From contig NC_068993.1 in the NCBI RefSeq assembly GCF_001194135.2, positions 11,936,617 through 11,970,559 on the forward strand: a stretch of DNA of 33,943 bases, written 5' to 3'. The notes beneath the pieces are model-generated. The model was not told the origin of the DNA, did no database searches, and saw only the letters and a program-made list of their open reading frames with translations. Source of the stretch: Octopus bimaculoides (lineage: Eukaryota). Below, one piece after another: positions 23,561-33,943 of the stretch. The position numbers were made by a program, and so were the translations under genes. The first letter of the stretch is position 1; every line of letters starts with the position of its first letter.

Positions 23561-24327
23561 TTTCTAAGCTTCCATTGATTTTTGTGGAGAAATATATTTT
23601 ACAAAAGAAAAACAAAAACGAGAAAAAGTTATTTGTGTAAAGGTGGATATAAGGATTAAGCTTGTTTTGTTCTCGTGTTATTTATAAATTCAGCGGAGAC
23701 AACAACAACAACAACAACATCCACCATCCTAAACAATTATCATCTTTATCTTATTTTAGAAATTTTAATTCAATTTCCAAGTCGTGGTATCATGCTAGAT
23801 TATCACAGCTTTATATTTTTTTTAAATTCCGGATTTTATTTTTATATTTTGTGAGCAATATGCGATATTCTAGTTATCTTAGTTTTGCTTGTTTTTTCGC
23901 CCAAAGAGAAGCCCAAAGACAAGTGACGAAATGTATTTCAACAAAGACCATCCTGTCTGTTTCAAAAAATATTGAGTTATATTCTTTAATGTTGTTGCTT
24001 TTATTTTTAGCATAATAAGATTGATTTATTCTGCAAATCATCGTCGTCTGTATAACGACCACATAATGATTCGCTGTAAATAGGTTTGATACTGCAAAAT
24101 AGTGGTGACGTATAGAGGTATGTTTAGACTAACAATGTTCTTTGCTGACATCAGTTTCTAATCCGCGTGATTGTTTATATTTCTATGATGAGCGTTTAAA
24201 TCTTCACTGCTTTAATTTTAACAAGAAAAATATTGTCTATAAGCTTTCCCATAACAAGTAATATTTTTGTATTTCTTTCATCCAGGTATAAGTTAAACAT
24301 TACTTTATGTTACAGACGTTAATGAAT

Positions 24328-24420
24328 GGGTGAGCTGCTATGAGAATCGGCACCGCGACATTTCTTCCGTGTGTTTGTATTCTGAGTTCAACTGCAGCCG
24401 TGGGAATTTTTGTCCCTGCT
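24328..24420 (+). mobile_element. Highly decayed SINE head
   Basis: ggtgagctg...ttctgagttcaa matches the A-box and B-box segments of the 14540 family. Confidence 0.45.
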
Positions 24421-25293
24421 TAAAGGACTCATGTCTTCTTAGTCGCGCATGGGCTTAACTACTTTACGAACAGCTACGAATTAAGGATCTATGTGTATCT
24501 ACAGAGTTATTTTCTGCGAAGACTCGACACATTTGATTCATTCCTTGGAAATATTCGTTGGACATTAAATTTGCAACTATAGCATTGGGTTCAACAACTA
24601 CAATGGAGAGAGTGAGGTCTTGTACCATATTGTCACTGAAGTTTCACAATTGGAAATTCCAAATATTATGAATGTAAATTACTTGGAAAACCTGAGTTAT
24701 CTTGTCGCAACAACATCAACGAAACCGGTATTGGCACGCAGATTGCAGTCTGCTGCAGTTGCATCTGTGAAACATACTGTTCGAGTCTGAAAGCAATGAA
24801 GCGACACATTTCAACAAAATTGGAAATGTAGCGAATAGAAGTAATAATTTTTATCTTGTACCACTGTGGCCTACGGGTGCTGATGGAAGATGATGAAACT
24901 ATAACTACGTCACATATGCTCAAACAGTATATATATATTTGGTATGATCACACTTGCACGAATGTATTCATGAAGCATGTCAAATTCTGAGCTTTTGTTT
25001 CAAGAATAAACAATGGAAAAGAGAGCAAGAAATTCCGTTATAAGCAATTGATTAATTGACATCCCAGTGCAATTGTTACTTTAACTGTAACTTCCATACA
25101 ATTAAACATAGTAAGCCCGCAAATTACAGATGACGCCAAAGATGAAATGCATGGAATTATCGCAGCACCGACCGAAATAAAACCGAGATTTGGGTGTCAT
25201 AGAAGCTTTAGTCCCCGAAAAGAGCAAAATGTTATTCTTTAAAATTCTTTACATTTCTGGTTTCTCTACATCTCTCGCTCTCTTTCTGTTTCT

Positions 25294-25326
<33 letters not shown>

Positions 25327-26165
25327 NNNNNNNNNNNNNNNNNNNNNNNNNNNNNNNNNNNNNNNNNNNNNNNNNNNNNNNNNNNNNNNNNNNNNNNNNN
25401 NNNNNNNNNNNNNNNNNNNNNNNNNNNNNNNNNNNNNNNNNNNNNNNNNNNNNNNNNNNNNNNNNNNNNNNNNNNNNNNNNNNNNNNNNNNNNNNNNNNN
25501 NNNNNNNNNNNNNNNNNNNNNNNNNNNNNNNNNNNNNNNNNNNNNNNNNNNNNNNNNNNNNNNNNNNNNNNNNNNNNNNNNNNNNNNNNNNNNNNNNNNN
25601 NNNNNNNNNNNNNNNNNNNNNNNNNNNNNNNNNNNNNNNNNNNNNNNNNNNNNNNNNNNNNNNNNNNNNNNNNNNNNNNNNNNNNNNNNNNNNNNNNNNN
25701 NNNNNNNNNNNNNNNNNNNNNNNNNNNNNNNNNNNNNNNNNNNNNNNNNNNNNNNNNNNNNNNNNNNNNNNNNNNNNNNNNNNNTATATATATATGCGTG
25801 TGTGTGTGTATACATCCGTGAATGTCTTTGTAAATTTCTGAAAAGCATTTCAGAAACAGAATATTAAGTTCTTATTTAGCTATTCATTTAATATGTCCAG
25901 CAAGATGAAATTCTGACAAAAGATGTAGCTATGAGACTTCAATAATATATATCGTTAAGTAGAATAGATAAAATGTCATTATGATACGATGTTAAAGTGA
26001 CAGCTTAAGGTTTTTTTATCGTTGTTATAATTAGCGTCTATTTTTCCCTCAACACAATCTTTGGCTATTCATCTAATTGTCATTGCCTGTCGCTCTACTG
26101 AAAGTATGATTTGTCAATACATATATGTACGCTCATATATACACACAGATATACAGACAGAAACA

Positions 26166-26166
<1 letters not shown>

Positions 26167-26228
<62 letters not shown>

Positions 26229-26241
26229 ATATATATATATA
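26167..26241. repeat. (ATCT)n then (AT)n microsatellite at a gap edge
   Basis: Visible. A similar (TATC)n lies at 28585-28685. Confidence 0.97.
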
Positions 26242-26915
26242 CNNNNNNNNNNNNNNNNNNNNNNNNNNNNNNNNNNNNNNNNNNNNNNNNNNNNNNNNNN
26301 NNNNNNNNNNNNNNNNNNNNNNNNNNNNNNNNNNNNNNNNNNNNNNNNNNNNNNNNNNNNNNNNNNNNNNNNNNNNNNNNNNNNNNNNNNNNNNNNNNNN
26401 NNNNNNNNNNNNNNNNNNNNNNNNNNNNNNNNNNNNNNNNNNNNNNNNNNNNNNNNNNNNNNNNNNNNNNNNNNNNNNNNNNNNNNNNNNNNNNNNNNNN
26501 NNNNNNNNNNNNNNNNNNNNNNNNNNNNNNNNNNNNNNNNNNNNNNNNNNNNNNNNNNNNNNNNNNNNNNNNNNNNNNNNNNNNNNNNNNNNNNNNNNNN
26601 NNNNNNNNNNNNNNNNNNNNNNNNNNNNNNNNNNNNNNNNNNNNNNNNNNNNNNNNNNNNNNNNNNNNNNNNNNNNNNNNNNNNNNNNNNNNNNNNNNNN
26701 NNNNNNNNNNNNNNNNNNNNNNNNNNNNNNNNNNNNNNNNNNNNNNNNNNNNNNNNNNNNNNNNNNNNNNNNNNNNNNNNNNNNNNNNNNNNNNNNNNNN
26801 NNNNNNNNNNNNNNNNNNNNNNNNNNNNNNNNNNNNNNNNNNNNNNNNNNNNNNNNNNNNNNNNNNNNNNNNNNNNNNNNNNNNNNNNNNNNNNNNNNNN
26901 NNNNNNNNNNNNNNN

Positions 26916-26968
<53 letters not shown>

Positions 26969-27200
26969 ATGCATATAAGAATATATACGTAAAATGGGAC
27001 AATGGTATGCTATACACATACAGATTGGACTCAATACCTAGTATTGGTTCTATTCATTTAATCGGAGTGCACTGAGACCGTGGAAATGGAATCTTGGAAT
27101 TAGTGCAGAATGAAACCCCTACACATGTAATTTTTTTTATTTTTCTTATTTATGTGGAAACATGAACCTCAGCTGTTATTTTAGAAGTTACTTAGGAATA

Positions 27201-27435
27201 CTGTAATCCCATGACTATCGCGGGTGTTACGAACCATAATATCGCACAGAAATATTTAAAATCCCCCAAAATAAATATACAAATCGGCCGCAGTAAGCCG
27301 GATATACTGAGGAGTCCGCGATATAGATATACATGCATCAGCCAGAAAAATCCGCAAGGTACTGAGTGCGCGATATGTGAACTGTGATGTACTGTGTGCG
27401 TGATAAGTGAACCGCGATATGGCAAGGAATTATTC
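27201..27435. mobile_element. pogo/Tigger-like MITE with imperfect TIRs and TA flanks
   Basis: Left end ta|ctgtaatcccatgactatcgcgg. The reverse complement of the right end reads ta|gaataattccttgccatatcgcgg. Both share taat.cc.tg.c..tatcgcgg, and the interior has repeated gcgatat motifs. Confidence 0.7.
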
Positions 27436-28584
27436 TAAATGTATATTTTCCTGGTGGATGAATATCCTTATTGACAGGATGGAATTTCATAATGTCGAAA
27501 TTCAATTCTTCTCAAATTATTTATTTGAATTTATAATTTTTATATCTTTACATTCTTGAGAGTGGCTGCAGCAATGTTACCCTTAAATTGTACAGGCTGT
27601 AGTCGATACTGTGTGTTATGCCGTTAATAATCCGCGTAAAGTGCTGCTAGTGTCCACCTGTATGACCTATATCAACTGAGAAGATCTTCCAGACGTCCGA
27701 TGTAGTAGGAATTAATCACATGTCGTTTGGCGCGCTCTATAGCGTGCCGCATCCAACAAGAGTGACGTAAATGAGTCGATATTGCCAAAGTGAAGAATAC
27801 GCAAGTCCAGACAGTTCCGCGTTGCTGAGGCCAGTGGAATATTACAACGCCTAGCATAATCAAAATATGTTTTGTTAAATTTATGTTAACAATATTTGTA
27901 TAAATAATTTTTTTTTTTTTCTCGTCCTTCCTTAATTATTTTGTCCCCAATATTTCGAACCACAACAAAAGCTTATAAATTTCTTGGAGACACTAATAAA
28001 ATTCTGGTGAACGTCAGTTTTGCTGTTAATATCATGCTTGCTAATGAGGATAGTCTTCTTGTGGCCGGATAAAAATAAAATTGGTGTTTTTTTATCAGAT
28101 TTCACCTACACATCCGATTTCACCCACAAAGTTTGTCATATGCTCTTTGACATTAGTGTATACTTCAGTTTTTGATGCATATAGAAATTAATTACACACA
28201 CACATACACACACACACACACATACAAGCGCGCATGCGTAAACACACGTGCACACACATACACACAGACACACTCATACACACGCGTACGTTCAAATAAT
28301 AATATAAGTCTATGTTATTCTCCGTTCTGCAACATTATGCATATTAATATATTTTTATTTCTTTTCTTTTGATTAAAACATGTCTTTCGCTTCAAAATGA
28401 ATGTTAATATGTTCATTCTTCCGTGTAAAGTAATCAATCAGAAATTTGCAACTAATTTTTATCTTTGGCTATTCTCGAATTCTTGCATTCCATTCAAATG
28501 AGTGCACACACATTCACACATACATACATACAAACATACATACATACATATTCATACCTACACACACATGCACATGCGCATATG

Positions 28585-28683
<99 letters not shown>

Positions 28684-28987
28684 ATNNNNNNNNNNNNNNN
28701 NNNNNNNNNNNNNNNNNNNNNNNNNNNNNNNNNNNNNNNNNNNNNNNNNNNNNNNNNNNNNNNNNNNNNNNNNNNNNNNNNNNNNNNNNNNNNNNNNNNN
28801 NNNNNNNNNNNNNNNTATATATATGTATGTATGTACGTACGCATGAAAACACACGCTCACATACACAAACAGATATATATATATATATATATATATATCT
28901 ATTCATATATAAATATATATTTATGTGTATGTGTATGTTTGCGTCTGTATACATACACATATGTGTGCGTGTGTGTGAGAGAGAGAC

Positions 28988-29095
28988 ATGCTTCTTTCAG
29001 CTACTGTCTACAAAATCCACTCACAAACCTTTGGCCGTTCCTAGTCTGAAGTAGAAGTCACTTGCTTATGCTGCCACGCAGACAAGATGAACCCA
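28988..29095 (-). mobile_element. Second SINE family copy (same family as 15722)
   Basis: cttctttcagctactgtctacaaaatccactcacaaacctttgg...gtagaagtcacttgc...tgccacgcag. Confidence 0.7.
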
Positions 29096-30789
29096 GATGT
29101 ATATGGATATCCGCCCGCTTCGATGACTAGGCTTAAGCTCCATTTACTGGGTTCACCATTATTTTGAAATAATAGAAAATTAGCTCGACATCGGAGAAAC
29201 ACTTCTAGATAGCAGAAACTTATATCCGTGTCATTTATACTAGGAATTATTCTATCGACACTTATGGTCTTAACTGAACGGTCTGTGTTAACCAGAGTAT
29301 ACATCTAAATGAGTAGTGCTTTTGAATTCGTCGGGCTTCAGAGTGATTTTCTTCAGCAAGTTTTCCCTCAGAAGGATCGACAAGAGTGAAACCAAAGTAC
29401 TTTTAAATATTGCGACGCAAATGGAACGAACTCGGGAATCCTTGACTGGGAACATTAGCATTCGACTATGCTGTGTATACTACAAATTTTAAGCATAACA
29501 TAGAGTGTTGTATATAGAAATACAAACCTAAATATCATGAAATCTGTAGCTAGAAAATGACCTGGAGGTTTCCTAAATATAAACTATACCACATATTTAC
29601 AACTTCAAATTGTCTAGATATTGAATCAATTACAATGGCTGCAAATTCTGCATAGTATTCTTATACTTTCTTCGAAATATGTCTACATACTTGACACGAG
29701 ACAAAATAAATTCTTCTCAAATGCTTCCAACAAAATTACATTGGTTGCAAACTCAATTTCATGAAACATATTTATGTTTTCGAGAAGGTTATGTCTTGAA
29801 AACAACATACTGTCTGCCTGCAACCTATAAAAATTGACTGGCTGGCTTCAAACATGTTTCGAAGCGTGAAATTGCACGCATAGCTTTCTAACGATGACAA
29901 GAAGTTATATTTTACAGAAACACTATATATGAGTTAAGCATATTAATTTTCTTCAAAATACTTATTTTTTTTTAGTACTCATACTGTGTTAATATAATAG
30001 TGTATATTTTAACAATAGTCTACGTATACGGGAAGATAGATGAAAGCACTTTCTAATAATGTTGCTATAGAACATTTCCAAAACATCTCAACGGAGGNNN
30101 NNNNNNNNNNNNNNNNNNNNNNNNNNNNNNNNNNNNNNNNNNNNNNNNNNNNNNNNNNNNNNNNNNNNNNNNNNNNNNNNNNNNNNNNNNNNNNNNNNNN
30201 NNNNNNNNNNNNNNNNNNNNNNNNNNNNNNNNNNNNNNNNNNNNNNNNNNNNNNNNNNNNNNNNNNNNNNNNNNNNNNNNNNNNNNNNNNNNNNNNNNNN
30301 NNNNNNNNNNNNNNNNNNNATATAAATATATATATATGCGTATTTATATATATAATTATTTGATAGGGTTAATCACAATGATGTAAATAATGCAGATCGA
30401 AAACCTTGTTTTGCTAGACTTACCTCCCTTTCACCATTAATTTGTTTTTCTGCAAGATCTATAATGGGTAGCTTTTCTTTTCATTTATTTTCTTCTCAAG
30501 CCTGTAACGGTTTTCTTATTTGAGGAAACAGCGTCGTAAGCATGTCCTCACTTAATATCGTAGGTTAACAATTGTACAAAATCGCAAAGTGTGTTCAAAT
30601 TGCTGGAATGTTCGGAGTGCTTAATTTAATGGAACAATTTCATAAAGATCTATAACTTCGGTAATACGATATATCAATATAAAGCTAGATTAAAGCGAAA
30701 CAGCCTATGCAAATATCTGTGGATGTTACGCACTATTATCTCTTACGTGCTCCAGACAAAAGTTTGTAGCCATGCTGGGCTACCATCAT

Positions 30790-30927
30790 ACTTCAATATT
30801 TAGCAGTACTCTGTTCCGATTTTAGATTCTGATTTCAAATCCCACCAGGGTCAAATTTTATTTTGGGATCGACGTATCCCCCCGCTACAAAATTGCTGGC
30901 CTTGTGCCAACATTTGAAATCAATATT
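30790..30927 (+). mobile_element. Decayed SINE of the 14540 family
   Basis: ttctgatttcaaatccc (B box) and a tail gccttgtgccaacatttgaaatcaatatt matching the reverse complement of 2716-2745. Confidence 0.7.
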
Positions 30928-31371
30928 TAAAATACTACTTTCAAATATGTTCTCTTACACAATGGAATTTCAAGGGTTCCACCAGTAGATGTAATTATGT
31001 AATAAGAAAAAAATATTCAGAATCAGCGGGGATATCCTGACAGAAAACTACGTACACTACTGTCATTGATTATTTGGGGACGACTTTGACAAAGAAAAAG
31101 TGATTGATTTTTTTTTAAATACATAAAAAAAAAAACCATCACTTAGTGTGTTAGACATTTAACCGGTTGAGAAACAATAAAGAAATGATTGAAACAGTGC
31201 GTATGTTTATTATTGATGGTGTGTTGATCCTCCCAAGACACGCCAAAACATATACGTTTCGAAACAAATGACTATAAACATACATGCATGGGCATATACG
31301 TACATACATTCATGCATGCATGCATGTATACATACATACAGAACGTAGATATAAACTCAGCTGGCAAAAAT

Positions 31372-31557
31372 TAGTAATACCTGTATTTCAAAGGGCCGGC
31401 CTTGTCACACTCTGTGTCACACTGAAACTCCCTGAGAACTCCGTTAGGGGTACACGTGTCTGTGGATTGCTCACTCACTTGCACGTTAATTTCACGAGCA
31501 AGCTGTTCCGTGATTCGTATCAGCTGGGACCCTAGTCGACGTAACCGACGGAGTGCT
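31372..31557 (+). mobile_element. GC-richer interspersed repeat, probably a retroposon 3' tail
   Basis: aatacctgtatttcaaagggcc...gcacgttaatttcacgagc...cgtaaccgacggagtgc. Recognised from memory as an abundant octopus repeat; single copy in this window. Confidence 0.45.
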
Positions 31558-33943
31558 TCTCCTCCACATATCAACACAATTACTTAACAACTTTGTCGTA
31601 CAAGAAGATGCGTACACAGATTCAGTTAGCTAAGTGATTTCAGACATTTGACTGTGTTCATAGTGGGACAGAGCTTTCTTGGGTATATATTTGATTGCAT
31701 CGACCCAGTACTTGTACATGTATATTTATAGATAAATCCATACACATACAGAAAAACTGTGATATATAAATGGCAACTCATATTAGGTGAGAGAAAATAG
31801 TCAATAAAAAGGCGTCGTATTGTAAGATGACATAATTTTTCTTTTATTTCAAAAGCATTTTTATCATTCCCTGTAGAATTTTCAGGTATTAATTATTAGT
31901 TTCTCAAAATAAAATACATACATAAAAACTACCCTTTTCTATGGCACCCTTGGACAGAAACAAATTATTTTCGCGATGGTAGATGAAGACATTCTTGCAC
32001 CAAGAATGAGAGATATGTATTTGTTTATATCGACGTATTTATTTATAAAGGTAATTTTATATCTTATACGCTATTATGGTACAGGAAATAACTTTTCGAA
32101 ACCTTCTGATAGCCGGGCTGTGGAAATATCTATATTACAGAAATGTTATCACAAAGCAACGTTGATCAATGAGACGCAAAGAAAGAAAAAAGAAAGAAAT
32201 AAATAGAGTGGAAGAGAGAGAAGGAGACAGAGAGAAAGAAAGGGAGGAAGTGAAAGAGAGAGAGTGCGACAGACAAAAAGAGGTGGAAGGAAGATTTGAG
32301 GAAATATAGAGAGAACGAATGAGATAAAGATATAGAGGTATAAACAAACATGCGAATAGCGAGATATGAATAGGTAAACAAAACAACATTAGATAGATTT
32401 TGTATTTAGATAAGTACATGCATAAGAATTATAGACCCAAACGTGCATTCTCGCGCACACATATAAACACAGATATGAGTATATATAGAAAAATATACAT
32501 ATATACTCAGACACACAAACACATATCTAAGTATGTATGTATNNNNNNNNNNNNNNNNNNNNNNNNNNNNNNNNNNNNNNNNNNNNNNNNNNNNNNNNNN
32601 NNNNNNNNNNNNNNNNNNNNNNNNNNNNNNNNNNNNNNNNNNNNNNNNNNNNNNNNNNNNNNNNNNNNNNNNNNNNNNNNNNNNNNNNNNNNNNNNNNNN
32701 NNNNNNNNNNNNNNNNNNNNNNNNNNNNNNNNNNNNNNNNNNNNNNNNNNNNNNNNNNNNNNNNNNNNNNNNNNNNNNNNNNNNNNNNNNNNNNNNNNNN
32801 NNNNNNNNNNNNNNNNNNNNNNNNNNNNNNNNNNNNNNNNNNNNNNNNNNNNNNNNNNNNNNNNNNNNNNNNNNNNNNNNNNNNNNNNNNNNNNNNNNNN
32901 NNNNNNNNNNNNNNNNNNNNNNNNNNNNNNNNNNNNNNNNNNNNNNNNNNNNNNNNNNNNNNNNNNNNNNNNNNNNNNNNNNNNNNNNNNNNNNNNNNNN
33001 NNNNNNNNNNNNNNNNNNNNNNNNNNNNNNNNNNNNNNNNNNNNNNNNNNNNNNNNNNNNNNNNNNNNNNNNNNNNNNNNNNNNNNNNNNNNNNNNNNNN
33101 NNNNNNNNNNNNNNNNNNNNNNNNNNNNNNNNNNNNNNNNNNNNNNNNNNNNNNNNNNNNNNNNNNNNNNNNNNNNNNNNNNNNNNNNNNNNNNNNNNNN
33201 NNNNNNNNNNNNNNNNNNNNNNNNNNNNNNNNNNNNNNNNNNNNNNNNNNNNNNNNNNNNNNNNNNNNNNNNNNNNNNNNNNNNNNNNNNNNNNNNNNNN
33301 NNNNNNNNNNNNNNNNNNNNNNNNNNNNNNNNNNNNNNNNNNNNNNNNNNNNNNNNNNNNNNNNNNNNNNNNNNNNNNNNNNNNNNNNNNNNNNNNNNNN
33401 NNNNNNNNNNNNNNNNNNNNNNNNNNNNNNNNNNNNNNNNNNNNNNNNNNNNNNNNNNNNNNNNNNATATATATATATATATATATATATACACGTATAT
33501 ACACGTATACAAATATGTGTGAGCAAACAGGATCTTTTTTTATATATATTCAAATACATACATATATGTTTTTGCAACCATATGTATACATATGTGTGTG
33601 CGTAGAATATACTTATGTTTATATGTTAGAGATCTTTTACGTATATAAACCAATGTTGTATATGCTTGTATCTACATATACAAATGCAAATATACACACA
33701 CATGCATATAGATACAAAAGTAAGACACAAAATATATCTTAATGCAATTATTTGTATATAGCTAAATATAAAGTACGTATATTTATAGTAAAACGCAAGA
33801 ATGTATATTTTTTCATGCAAATATAATTATGGGAATGAATGCGTGCGTGCATTTCCAATGCTGTACACATAAATGCACAAACACGCACATATACATGCAT
33901 GTTTGTATATATACATACATGGATATATATATATATATATATA

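Overview
AT-rich, repeat-dense eukaryotic (animal) DNA that looks intergenic or intronic. It has ten N-gaps totalling about 4.7 kb, almost all flanked by (TA)n, (CA)n or (TATC)n microsatellites. The repeat families and assembly texture resemble a cephalopod, probably Octopus, short-read assembly; this is inferred from recalled repeat consensus sequences, not from a search. No intact protein-coding gene, rRNA, tRNA or CRISPR array is supportable, and nearly all ORF-track entries are microsatellite, N-gap or antisense artefacts. What can be read is a layered transposon record: a decayed Penelope-like retroelement (minus strand, about 4.5-5.3 kb), two convergent mariner transposase fossils, several tRNA-derived SINE copies, a pogo/Tigger-like MITE and a Helitron-like 3' end carrying (TTAGGG)n. 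The most interesting signal is two minimal hammerhead-ribozyme-like motifs in Penelope-type repeat tails (11116-11161 minus; 18108-18143 plus), the first enclosed by a near-perfect inverted repeat. A CpG-rich TATA-containing promoter-like patch at about 10.5 kb has no identifiable gene. All alignments were done by eye.
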